Assembly (NCBI RefSeq): GCF_030028105.1
Contig: NC_092375.1
Location: forward strand, 44,925,130 to 44,989,129
Direction of reading: 5' to 3'
From: Mobula birostris
Lineage: Eukaryota
Length of the DNA stretch: 64,000 bases
The position numbers and the translations under genes were made by a program. Under the pieces are notes generated by a model. It ran no database searches. It was given only the letters and a program-made list of their open reading frames with translations, and had not been told where the DNA came from. This document shows positions 10,867-23,540 of the stretch, piece by piece; position 1 is the first letter of the stretch, and every line of letters begins with the position of its first letter.

Positions 10867-13686
10867 AGAAACATAGAAAACCAACAGCACAATACAGGCC
10901 CTTCGGCCCACAATGCTGTGCCGAACTTGTACTTATTTTAGAAATTACCTAGGGTTACCCAGAGCCCTCTATTTTTCAAAGCTCTATGTGTAGGGCAGGA
11001 GGAGAAGATGGTGGCGCGATGCAGCGCGCGCAGCTCTCCGGTGAAATGATATCATATTTGTAAGTAGGATGCCGTGCACAATTCTGATTTGATGGAGACA
11101 GACATGAGAAGGCACAGAGGAACATCTGGAGAAATTTCTGAAATGCCCGGTTCGCTGCTGCTGCTACTGTGCGATCAAGAATCTCTGGAGGGAAGGCCCC
11201 AAAATCCCCGGCTTTGCCTGCTGCTGGCGACCAAGGCTGGTGTCGAAGCGTTCGGCAGAGATGGTGCTCGGTACTCGGTGTCGGAGGGCTGATCAGATCT
11301 CGAAGTTTTCGGATAACTCAGAGTCGGACTGTGGTCGGGCATGGCAGGGGGAGTTTTCTTCCTTCGCCCGTCTGTGTGAGACGCGGGACTTCTGAGAGAC
11401 TTTGAACTTTTTTACTGCGCTCATGGCCTGTTCTTCATCAAGTTATGGCATTGTTGCACTGTTGTAACTATATGTTATAATGATGTGGTTTTTGTTACTT
11501 TTTCAGTCTTGGTCTATCCTGTGTTTCTGTGATATCACACCGGAGGAATATTGTATCATTTTTTAATGCATGCATTACTAAATGACAATAAAAGAGGACT
11601 GTGTGTCCTCATAATCTAATAGTCTAATCTAACCTATCCAACAGCATCTTAAGAGACCCTATCGTATCCCAACTCCACCAACATCGCCAGCAGCGCATTC
11701 CACACTCTCACCACCCTCTGCGTAAAAAATTCACTCCTGACATCTCCTCTGTAACTACTTCCAAGCACCTTAAAACTGTGCCCTCTCGTATTAGCCATTT
11801 CAGACCTGGGAAAAAGCCTCTGACTATCCACCCGATCAATGCCTCTCATCATCTCATACACCTCTATCAGGTCACCTCTCATCCTCCGTCATTCCAAGGA
11901 GAAAAGGCCAAGTTCACTCAACCTGTTCTCATAGGGCATCTCCAACATCCTTATAAATCTCCTCTGCACCCTTTCTATAGTTTCCACATCCTTCCTATAG
12001 TAAGGTGTCCAGAACTGAGTACAGTACTCCAAGTGGGGTCTGACCAGGGTCCTATATAGCTGTAACATTACCTCTCGGCTCTTAAACTCAATCCCACAGT
12101 TAATCAAAGCCAATAAACCATGTGCCTTCTTAACCACACAATCAACCTGTGCAGCAGCTTTGAGTGTCATAAGGACTCGGACCCCAAGAACCTTCTGATC
12201 CTCTACACTGCCAAGAGTCTTACCATTAATATTATATTCTGCCATCATGTTTGACCTACCAAAATGAACTTGCTCACACTTATCTGGGTTGAACTCCATC
12301 TGCCACTTCTCAGCCCAGTTTTGCATCCTATTGATCTCCTGCTGCAACAGTCTATCTGACAGCCTTCCACACTATCCACAACATCCCCAACCTTTGTGTC
12401 ATCAGCAAATTTACTAACACATCCCTTCACTTTCTCATCCAGGTCACTTACAAAAATCATGAAGAGTACGGGGCCCAGAACAGATCCCTGAGGCGCACCA
12501 CTGGTCACCGGCCTCCATGCAGAATATGACCCGTCTACGGCCACTCTTTGCCTTCTGTGGACAAGCCAGTCCTGGATCCACAAAGCAAGGTCTCCTTGAA
12601 ATCCATGCCTCCTCACTTTCTCAATCAGTCTTGCATGGGTTACCTTGTCAAATGCTTTGCTGAAATCCATATACACTACATCTACTGCTCTACTTTCATC
12701 AATGCATTTAGTCACATCCTCAAAAAAATTCAGTCAGACTCTTAAGGCATGACCTGCCTTTGACAAAGCTATGCTGACTATTCCTAATCATACTATGCTT
12801 CTCCAAATGTTCATAAATCCTACCTCTCAGGATCTTCTCCATCAACTTACTAACCACTGAAGTAAGACTCACTGGTCAATAATTTCTTGGGCTATCTCTA
12901 CTCCATTTCTTGAATAAAGGAACAACATCTGCAACCCTCCAATCCTCCAGAACCTCTCCTGTACCCATTGATGATGCAAAGATCATTGACAGAGGATCAA
13001 CAATCTCCTCCCTCACCTCCCACTGTGGCCTGGGGTATACTTCGTCCGGTCCTGGTGACTTATCCAACAATGCTTTCTTAATATCTATATGCTCAAACTT
13101 TTCAGTCCACTGCAAGTCATCCCTACAATCGCCAATGTTCTTTTCCGTAGTGAATACTGCAGTATTCATTAAGTACCCCTGCCATCTCCTCCGGTTCCAT
13201 ACACACTTTTACACTGTCGCACTTGATTGGTCCTATTCTCTCACATCTTATCCTCTTGCTCTTTACATACTTGTAGAATGCCTTGGGGGTTTCCTTAATC
13301 CTGCTTGCCAAGGCCTTCTCAAGGCCCCTTCTGGTTCTCCTCATTTCATTCTAAAGCTTCTTCCTGCTAGCCTTATAATTTTCTAGATCTCTACCATTAC
13401 CTAGTTTTTTGAACCTTTCATAAGCTTTTCTTTCTTCTTGACTAGATTTTCAACAGCCTTTGTATACCACGGTTCCTGTATCCTACCATCCTTACCCTGT
13501 CTCATTGGAACGTACCTATGCAGAACGTCACACAAATATTCCCTGAACATTTGCCACATTCCTGCCATACATTTCCCTGAGTACATCTGTTCCCAATTTG
13601 TACTTCCATATTCCTGCCTGATAGCTTCATATTTCTCCTTACACCAATTAAACGCTTTCCTAACTTGTCTGTTCCTATCCCTCTGC
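10867..13686 (-). mobile_element. CR1 LINE (RT region to 3' end) nested in opposite orientation inside the CR1 above
   Basis: Minus ORFs 12876-13169, 12245-12715 ([30 protein letters not shown]), 11889-12347 and 11649-11882; tail tagaaacatagaaa at 10867. Confidence 0.9.
10990..11631 (+). mobile_element. ~640-bp non-autonomous retroposon (SINE-like, no tRNA head seen)
   Basis: Splits the CR1 sequence ctctatgt|acctatcc. CpG-rich head beginning aagatggtggcg; 3' AATAAA, stem-loop GAGGAC-tgtgt-GTCCTC (11594-11610) and (TAATC)n tail. Confidence 0.7.
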
Positions 13687-16640
13687 AGGTAGGTTAGGAA
13701 AATCAGGTTGCTGTTGCATTCAAGAGAGGGAATTTGTAGGATGCCAACAAAATGTCCTTTTGGAGCAACATGTAGAGCAATAGTTAATCCAGATCAGCTA
13801 TTCTGGATTAGGTGTTGTGTCACGAACTGGATTTGAATAGGGAACTGAAGGCAAAGAAACCCTCAGGAGGCAGTGATCATAATATGATAGAATTCTCCCT
13901 GCAATTTGAGAGGGAGAAACAAATGTTAGATCTATCAGTATTATAGTGGAATAAAGGGAATTAAAGAGGCATTAGAGAGGAGTTGGCCAAAGTGTATTGG
14001 AATGGGACACTAGCAGGGATGATGGCAGAGCAGCAATGGCTGAAGTTTCTGGGAGCAATTCAGAAGGCGCAAGATAGATACACCCCAAAGGTTAAGAAGT
14101 ATTCTAAAGGTAGGATGACACAACCTTGGCTGACAAGAGAAGTCAAAGTCAAAGTCAACATAAAAGCAAAAGAGATGGTATATGATGAAATATAAAGGTA
14201 TGCTAGCCAATGATATCAAAGAGGTTACCAAAAAATTTTCTGTTATGTAAAGAGTAATTGAGAGGCAAAAGTAGACAAGGAACTGCTGTAACATGACACT
14301 GGCAAGGGAGTAATTGGGGACAAGGAAATGGCAGATGAACTGAGCAAGTATTTTGTATCAGTCTTCACTGTAGAAAACACTAGTTCAATAGTGTCAGGGG
14401 CAGAAGTGTGTGCACTTGCTATTACTAGGGAGAAGGTGCATGGAAAACTGAAAGGTCTGAAGGTAGATAAGTCACCTGGACCAGATGGACTCAACCCAAA
14501 GTTTTGAAAGAGGTAGCTGAAGAGACTGTGGAGGCATTAGTAATGATGTTTTAAGAATCACTAGATTCTGGAATGGTTCCAGAGTACCAGAAAATTACAA
14601 ACATCACTCCATTCTTCAAGAAAAGAGGGAGGCAGAAGAAATGACATTATAGGCCAGTCAGCCTGACCTCAGTGGTTGGGAAAGTGTTGGAGTTGATTGT
14701 TAAGTATGAGGTTCTTGGAGGCACTTGATAACATAGACAAAGTTAGCATGGTTTCCCCTTAAGGAAAAATCCTGCCTTACAAATCTGTTCCGATTCTTTG
14801 AGGACATAACAAGCAAGATAGACAAAGGAGAATTGGTGAATGTAGTGTACTTGGATTTTCAGAAGGCCTTTGACAAGGTGCCACACATGAAACTGCTTAA
14901 CAAGATAAGAGCCTGTGGTACAACAGGAAAGATATTAGCATGGATAGAGCATTGGTTAATTGGCAGGAGGCAAAGAGAGGGAATGAAAGGAGCCTTTTCT
15001 GATTGGCTGCTGGTGATTAGTGGTATTCTGCAGTGGTCAGTATTGGGACAGATTCCTTTTACGTTGTATGATGGAATTGGTGGCTTTCTAGCCAAGTTTG
15101 CATACTCTGCAAAGATAGGTGGATGGGCAGGTCATGTTGAGGAAGCAGGAAAGCTGCAGAATGACTTAGACAGATGAGAATGAGCAAAGTGGCAGATGGA
15201 TTACAGTGTCAGGAGGTGTATGATCATGCACTTTGGCAGAAGCCATAAAAACATAGACTATTTTCTAAATGGGAAGAAAGTACAAAAACTGGGGTGCAAG
15301 GGAACTTGGGAGTCCGCATGCAGTATTCCCAAAAGGCTAATTTGCAGGTTGAGTCAGTGGTGAGGAAGGCCAATGAATGTTATCATTCATTTTGAGAGCA
15401 CTAGAATATAAAAGGATGTAATGCCCAGGCTGTAATATGCAATGGTGAGGTCTCACTTGGAGTTTTGTAAGCAGTTTTGGGCCCCTTATTTAAGAATGGA
15501 TGTGCTGACATTGGAATGGGTCCAGAGGACATTCACAACAATGATTCCAGGAATGAAAGGCTTGTCATGCAAGGAGAGATTGATGACTCTGGCCCTTACT
15601 TGCTAGAATTTTGAAAAATGGGGTGGGGGTGGGATCATCTCATTGAAACCTATTGAATGTTGTAAGACCTAGATAAAGTAAATGTTTCCTATGGTGGGGG
15701 AATCTAGGACCTGAGGGCACAGTCTCAGAATAGAGGGTCATCCATATAGAATGGAGACGAGGAGGGATTTCTTTAGCCAGAGAGTGGTGAATCTGTGAAA
15801 TTCATTGCCTCAGGTGGCTGTGGAGGGCTGGCCATTCGGTGCATTTCAGTTGGAGTCTGATAGGTTCTTGGTTACTCAGAACATGAACGGTTTCAGGAAG
15901 GAGGCAGGAGAATGGGGTTGAGAGGGATTTGTATCAGCCATTATGAAACGCTGGAGTAGATTTGATAGGCCGAATGGCCTAATTCAGCTCCTATGTCTTA
16001 TGGTCTTGTACTTAACTCCACTTTGCGAATAATCTTACCTCATATCTTTATTTGATTAGAATGCTTGCTTTTTAGTGTTTAAACACAGCAGCACCTTATC
16101 TACTGTTCTACTTTTGAAGTGTCTCATTATTAACTTTTGTCTAACTATTGACTCCAATCTAGTTCTATTTTAAACATATCAAAATTAGTCTTCCTCTGGC
16201 TATTTTTAAAGATATCTATGGTGTATACAACTGTCTAATTATTGTACATCTACACATCTGGTCTTCCTTGACACTCTCCCAAGGTATATACTCCATTTCA
16301 TTCCATAGACTATGTTCAGCACAACTGCATTCCATGCAGGAATGTAAATTGATTAAAAAGGCTATTTAAAAAAAAATAAGAAATGCTGGAAACACCAGGG
16401 CAGGCAGCAACACAGATTTAACATCATTCAGGAAAGGGTTATCAAGTGAAAACTGTAACTGTTTCTCTTAACACAGATACAGCCTGACATGTTGTTTCCA
16501 TAATTTTGAATTTCAAATAGTTCAAATGGTTCAATTTAATATTAGAAATTGTATATAGTATACAACCTGAAATTTTTACTCTTTAGAGACATCCACAAAA
16601 CAGGAAACTGCAAAGAATGAATGATAGTAATATTGGAATT

Positions 16641-16843
16641 TACCGCACATTGCTCTGTGATGACATTGGTGCCAAGCTGTATGGGTCCTAATGCCCTTCC
16701 CTTGGACAACATCAGTGGCGTGGAGAGGGGAAACTTGCAGCATGGGCAACTGCCAGTCTTCCATACAACCTTGCCCAGGCCTGCGCCCTGGAAACCTTCC
16801 AAGGCACAAATCCATGGTCTCATGAGACTAATGGATGCCTATA
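16641..16843 (+). mobile_element. 5'-truncated SINE (same family as 40241-40488) with 12-bp TSD
   Basis: About 200 bp highly similar to 40286-40488; perfect direct repeat aatattggaatt at 16629-16640 and 16844-16855. Confidence 0.85.
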
Positions 16844-16889
16844 AATATTGGAATTAACATATACTGTTTTTGTACTTTTTGTTTCCGGA

Positions 16890-18280
16890 ATAATTATCCT
16901 CCTTCCTCAACTCCATTCAAGGCCCCTAACAGTCCTTCCAGATGAGGCAACATTTCACATGTAAATCTGTTGGGATTGCTCTCTGTACCTGGCACTCCTA
17001 ATGCAACCTCAACAATGGTGAGCCCTGATGTAGTTTGGGCAATCACTTTGTCAGGTAACTCTGCTCCATTCGCAAGCAGGATATTTCAGTGACAAGCCAT
17101 TTTCATTCCAATTCCCATTCCTATTCCAACATGTCAGATCATAGCTTTCACTACTGCCACGATGAAAGTTGGCAAATCATGTTGGAGGACCAACATCTCA
17201 TATTCTGTCTGAGTAGCCTCCAACCTCATGGTCAATTTCTATAACATCCAGCTATTTCTCCCTCTCCTTCCATTCCCCACTCAGGCTCCACTGTTAACTC
17301 ATCTCCTCACCGATCACCTCCACCTGGTGCCCCTTCAGCTTCCCTTTTTCCAATGGTCCACTCTCCTTTTCTATCAGGTTCTTTCTCCTCCAGCCCTTTA
17401 CCTTGTCACGCATCATGTCCTAGCATCTCACTTCACACTTCCCCCTCCACCTCTTAACTTCTAGCTTATACTTCTTCTTCCCCCCATCTTCCTATTCAAA
17501 GTTCAAAAATAAGTTTGTTATCAAAGTACATCTATGTTACCATATGCAACCCTGAAATTCATTTCTTGTGGGCATACTCAGTAAACCCATAGAATAATAA
17601 CTGTAATAGAATCACTGAAAGACCGTACTAACTTAGGTGTACAGTGTGCAAAAAACAGCTAACTGCACAAATGCAAAAAGAATTAACAACAAATATGCAA
17701 TCAATATTAAGATCATGAGATGAAGAGTCCATAATGTGTGGGAATATTTCAATGATGGATAAGTGAAGTCATCTTTTTTAGTTCAAGAGCCTGATGGTTA
17801 AAGGGTAATAACTGTTCCTGAACCAGGTAGTCTGAATCCAGAGGATCCTGTACCTTCTTCCTGATGGCAGCAGCAAGAAGATAACGTGACCATGTGGTGA
17901 AGATCCCTGATCACGGATGCTGCTTTCCTATGACAACAATTTGTGTAGATGTGGTCAATGGTGGGGAGGGCTTTACCTGTAATGGACTGGGCCACATCCA
18001 CTACTTCTGTAGGATTTTCTGTTCAAGAGCATTGCTGTCTCCATACCAGGCTGTGATGCAACCAGTCAATATACTCTCTGCCAGACATCTATAGAAGTTT
18101 GTCAAAGTTTTAGATGTCATGCAGAATTTCTGCATTTTTTGTTAAATTTAATTTTGGCTTCTTCCCCCTTCCTTTCCAGTACTGATGATGGGCCTCAGCC
18201 CAAAATGTTAACTGTTTATTCCTTTCCATAGATGCTGCATTGCATGCTGAGCTCCTTCAGGATTTTGTATGTGTTACATT
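16890..18280 (+). mobile_element. Degenerate Penelope-like element 3' part (GIY-YIG region and terminus), interrupted by an L2-type fragment at 17495-18125
   Basis: IQGP.QSFQMRQHFTC-like segment at ~16915-16970. Terminal repeat with decayed hammerhead core cagta-ctgatga-t-ggg-cctcag-ccc-aaaa at ~18176-18214. Confidence 0.7.
17495..18125 (-). mobile_element. L2/Rex1-type LINE 3' fragment
   Basis: DVAQSITGKALPTIDHIY..CCHRKAASVIRD.HH; (TTTGAAC)-type tail seen as ttcaaagttcaaa at 17495. Confidence 0.75.
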
Positions 18281-18834
18281 GTAAGACATGACCGGCTCTG
18301 CCCAAAACCATACTGACTCTCCCTAAGTAGCCCATGTTCTTCCAAATACAAGTAAATCCTATGGCCAGCAATCTTCACCACAGCACACTGCCTATAATGT
18401 GTGTATTACCCTATTCCCCTTCTTAAATTTTGTGATACCAATTTGTCATATTTCCCAACAATGAATGAAATTGTCCACAGGGCAGACCAACAGGAAAATT
18501 GAACACAATTTCCTTTTAAAATTTTGAGGTGGAGATTCCCTATAATTTCTAATTGTACCAAAGCTTGATCCAAATTATATTTTTGACTTTCACCCCCCTC
18601 CTTTACTTTGCTAAGGAAAACCGGGAAGGGGCTGCTGCTAACTCTCAGCTGACCTCCTGCGACAAGCTTTAAGATGATCTGTCAATGGAAAATCCATTAC
18701 AAATTCCATTGAACTTCCATAATGACAGATGATTCATTTCAGTGGAATAGCTTTAAGCAATTAACAAACAGAATGAAAACTGTCAAATGATTAAATTAAT
18801 TTTAGATCATTCATGAATTTTGAGGTTACTCAGA

Positions 18835-21127
18835 CCACATCTCTGTTATGCTAATCCCAGCATACAGACCGCTCATCAGACGCTCCAGACCAGTTCTGAA
18901 GCAGGTGAAAACCTGGCCAGCAGGAGCCATCTCTGCTTTTCAAGACTGCTTTGAGCACACTGACTGGCACATGTTCAGGGAGGCTGCAACCGATGGCGAC
19001 TCCACCAATTTAGAGGAGTACACGGCATCAGTGACTAGCTACATCAGTAAGTGCATTGATGACGTCACTGTGTCCAAGACCATCACTACACGTTCTAACC
19101 AGAAGCCATGGATGACCGCGGAGGTGCGTGCGCTGCTGAGGACCCGTGACTCCGCCTTCAGAGCGGGCGACAAGGCAGCCCTAACAACAGTGAGGGCCAA
19201 ACCGTCCCGGGCCATCAGAGGGGCAAAGCTTGCATATGCCTAGCGAATCCACAGCCACTTCCAGGACAGTGGTGACACGCGGCGCATGTGGAAGGGCATT
19301 CAGGACACTACCAACTACAAGACAACATCACCTGCCTGTGCTGGTGATCCCTCCCTCCCAGATGTGTTGAACAACTTCTACGTTCGTTTTGAGTCAGAAA
19401 ATAATGTGGTGGCGAGGAAGACCATTCCTCCTCCCAATGACCAGGTGCTGTGTTTTACCATGGCCGATGTGAGGAAAACTCTACGCAGGGTCCACCCACG
19501 GAAGGTTGTTGGATCAGACAATATTCCTGGCAGAGTGCTCAGAGGATGTGCAGACCAACTGGCAGATATTCTCACTGACATCTTCAACATCTCCCTGGGC
19601 AGCGCCATCATTCCTATGTGCTTCAAGGCCGACACCATCGTCCCCGTGCTGAAGAAGTCTTCAGTGTCCTGTCTCAATGACTACCGTCCCATCGCACTCA
19701 CTTCCATCATCATGAAGTGTTTTGAGAGACACATCAAGACGCTGCTGCCCCCCTCACTGGATCCCCTGCAGTCCACGTATCGTCCCAACCATTCAACAGA
19801 CAATGCCATTGCCATCACCCTCCACCTGTCCCTAACCCACCTGGACAAAAAAGACACGTACATTCGAATGCTGTTCATAGACTTCAGTTCAGCGTTCAAC
19901 ACAATCATTCCTCAGAAACTGATTGGAAAGCTGAGCCTACTGGGCCTGAACACCTCCCTCTGCAACTGGATCCTAGACTTCCTGACTGGGAGACCTCAGT
20001 CAGTCTGGATCGGGGGCAGCATCTCCAACACAATCACACTGAGCACGGGGGCCCCCCAGGGCTGTGTGCTCAGTCCACTGCTGACCCACGACTGTGCTGC
20101 AACACACAGCTTGAACCACAACATCAAGTTCGCTGATGACACAACCATGGTGGGTCTCATCAGCAAGAACAATGAGTCAGCATACAGAGAGGTGGTGTAG
20201 CGGCTAACGGACTGGTGGAGAACCAACAACCTGTCTCTGAATGTGAACAAAAGAGATGGTTGTTGACTTCAGGAGAGCATGGAGTGACCACTCTCTGCTG
20301 AACATTGATGGCTCCTCCGTTGAGATAGTTAAATTTCTTGATGTTCACCTGGCAGAGAATCTCACCTGGTCCCTCAACACCATCTCCATAGCAAAGAAAG
20401 CCCAGCAGCATCTCTACTTTCTGCAAAGGTTGAGAAAAGTCCATCTCCTGCACCCCCCCCCCACCCCATCCTCACCACATTCTACAGAGGTTGTATCGAG
20501 TTCATCCTGAGCAGCTGCATCACTGCCTCGTTCGGGAATTGCACCGTCTCGGATTGCAAGATCCTGTAGCTGATAGTGAGGTCAGCTGAGAAGATCATCA
20601 GGGTCTCTCTTCCTGCCATTACAGTCACTTAAACCACACGCTGCATCCGTAAAGCCAACAGCATTGTGAAGGACCCCACACACCCATCATACAAACTCTT
20701 CTCCCTCCTGCCATCTGGCAAAACGTACCGAAGCATTCGGGCTCTCACAACCAGACTGTGCAACAGTTTCTTCCCCCAAGCCATCAGACTCCTTAATACC
20801 CAGAGTCCAGACTGGCATCTACATCATTTATTATTATATTGTAATTTGTCCTCTACTGTGCCTATTTGTCCTGTTTATTATTTATTGCACTGCCCTGCAC
20901 TGTTTTGTGCACTTTATGTAGTCCTGTGTAAGTCTGTAGTCTAGTGTAGTTTTTGTGTTGTTTTACATAGTATAGTGTAGCCTTACGTTGTCTCACTTAG
21001 TCAAGTGTAGTTTTGTGTTGTTTCATGTAGCACCATGGTCCTGGAGGAACATTGTTTCATTTTCACTGTGTACTGTACCAGCAGTTTATAGTTGAAATGA
21101 CAATAAAAAGCGACTTGACTTGACTTG
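18835..21127 (+). mobile_element. L2/Rex1-Babar-type LINE, 5'-truncated (~2.3 kb)
   Basis: ORFs 18848-19243 and 19286-20200: [53 protein letters not shown]. (GACTT)n tail at ~21112-21127. Confidence 0.9.
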
Positions 21128-23089
21128 AGGTAAACTTCCCTGGGGAATTCCATGCAGAGATACATGCTGATACTTGATATTAAAAAGTCCTTGCTGAACA
21201 GGATCACAAAGGAAACTGAAACTAAAGCAAAGGAATGACTCAGAAGCTAGCAGCTGGTTTGCTGGCTAGTGTCAGCAAAAGTCTATGAAAAACCATGTCA
21301 GTCGTCCTGTAGGTAAGCTGTTTTCATTAATTGTTCAAAACAAAAACAGATTAAAAATCAGGCTGCTCTGCTGCATTCATACTTGTTTAGACAAAACTAG
21401 GCACAACTGTGAGAATTGTGACAACTTGTTATAAGCAGATTGTGTACAGTATATTCTGCCTGTATCTTTCACCAGGTAATCAGTCTCAGCACTGAAAGCA
21501 AGAACAACTTTGCAAAGGACACCAGGTGAGATTGCTAGAAATCAGGAAGATCTGGTTCAGTCATATAAATGAGTCAATAGACAATTTCCAAAATAGCCCC
21601 TTTTAATAGATAAGTCATAGAGGTCTTAACAATTACACTGTTCAGGCAAAAGTTCAGCTGAAGACAACATCGCCATTAACTCAAGAGTACAATATCACAT
21701 TAGATGGAAATCTTTTTGTAATTTAATTTTGTGAAACTTGCAATCTTGGCACAAAGCAGCCGCTCAGATTATCGTTAGTAAACTATGTGCTCCAATGGCC
21801 ACCATAATTTCAGTAGCATTAAAAATTGATTTTTACATGACTCCAACTGGGCATTTGAAACATTATGATCGGGATTTTATGTTGAATCACATCATACAAA
21901 AAAAAGACTGCATATAGTCTTGACCAAGAAGTTTTTGTAATGCCAATATTATGTATATCTTCAGACTAGTAAAAGATGAAAGCCCCGATAGCTTCTATGA
22001 GATAATCACAGGTTCAATTATATAAACATGCTCCAAATGCCTTTTATAGAACTGCACAATGTCCTTGTTCTACTGAAATGGTGTTCATTCTATCAATTTT
22101 GATTTTACTTAACACACCCAGCTATTAAACTACCCATATCAGCTAAGGGGAAAATGTAAATGTTATGGTGATAAACTTTACATTGATTAGGGATTGCATT
22201 GCTCAACTTCTCTGTATGTCACTATGGAAAAATATATTTTCATACAGTATTTACCATAACTCACAAGGCTGGTTCTAAAAATGTTTTCAATCACAGAGGT
22301 AAGATTAAAGGTAACATATCTTTTAAAAAATTATCAGTCTTTAAACTAATTTCTTTGTTGACATTAGTATTATTACGTACACATACAGTAATTCTGATCA
22401 TGTTAAATTATCAAATGGATTCTGTTTGTAGCAGATACACGTTGCCAACATTTGGGCTTGTGTCTCAACCAGCCAGTACAAAAGTCGCATGGAAACAGAA
22501 CAACTTGAAGACAACAGATCCATCCACAATGAGGCACAATTTTGATTGTAACTTCCACTTCTTCCACTGTACTGGCACACTTACCAGCCCTTGTGGCGTT
22601 GTTTCAAAATATGAAGCTATAATCGGGCCAACTTGTACAAATGGTTTTCCAGCGACTGCTGAGAGTCCTAATGGAAAACATACATACAACAGGGGGAAGA
22701 GGCAGTCTTTTGGAGATGATGATTATTATTTTTTGATCCCTGTGCTGCACAAACTGATCCCTGTTAACCAGATTGGTCCATGGATCAACAGCAGATTAAA
22801 TAGTTAATTTCAGGAATGTCCAATTGTTGTGTTCATTGATCTGATGCTGTGCAATCCAGCTCTCATCATACAGAGAGAGTAGTCTCCACAGTACTGGCAG
22901 CCTAGGGCAATAAGTTAATCACTCCTTAGCTCAGTGTTTCATATAAAAGACACCGTTTCATCAACTGTATTCAATGTCTCTGATCTAGATAGGGAATAGT
23001 TGTAAACCATAGGAGTTTTATCAATAGCTTATACATTTGTTGCAATTGAAAACTTCTGTTGCTGTGCATTTGAACATTCATAGTAGTAG

Positions 23090-23540
23090 CAAGGATTTGC
23101 CACTTATGCCCTCTGACCAAATATCAATGATCTAAACATTGCCTCGACAGCAGTCTGCCTACACCCAGATAACTCTTCGCTCCTTTGCTTGGTGTCCATC
23201 ATTCTGTGAAGAGTTCCAAAAGCTTATAAATACTCAGGGAAAAATGTGCCTCCAAACCTTAAACGAATAACCACTTATTTCTGATAATTCCACATTTATG
23301 GAAACATTCTCTCCACACTCATTCTATCAAGGCACCTCAGGATCTTATGTCTCAAATCAAGTCCCACCTCACTCTAAAACCGAGCAGATACAAGCTAGTG
23401 TGTCTTACTTCATTCGGCAACTCATCCAATGAAGGTATCAGTCTAGCAAAGTCTCTCTGGACTTCAGATACATTTATATCTTCCCTTAAATGATACTGTA
23501 CACATTACTCCAGATGTGATCTCAAAGACCTATATACTTA
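23090..23540 (-). mobile_element. Old, degenerate CR1 3' fragment
   Basis: Recognisable similarity to other CR1 3' ends in the window (e.g. tacacattactccagatgtgatctc); heavily diverged. Confidence 0.55.

Larger units (their letters stand above)
9700..16010 (+). mobile_element. Long degenerate CR1 LINE (ORF1 SGNH-esterase remnant, APE endonuclease, RT, 3' end), interrupted at 10867-13686
   Basis: ORF1-like ATNDIDRK...SGLLPVPRASE...LHLNPKG (9960-10270). APE-like ESLWIELRNSKGKKSLMGDIYRPPNSG (10720-10810), resuming at 13687. RT VYLDFQKAFDKVPH (14833-15177). CR1 3' tail at ~15960-16010. Confidence 0.85.

Noticed and set aside
12910-13386. ORFs antisense to LINE/PLE coding regions (also 62776-63477, 44540-45013, 19378-20453)
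   Set aside because: Shadow frames of RT sequence, not independent genes.
22199-22807. 202-aa plus-strand ORF, the longest not explained by TEs or PTGFRN
   Set aside because: No recognisable domain, TTG start, composition typical of translated AT-rich non-coding DNA, and no supporting splice structure. A BLASTP/RNA-seq check would settle it.
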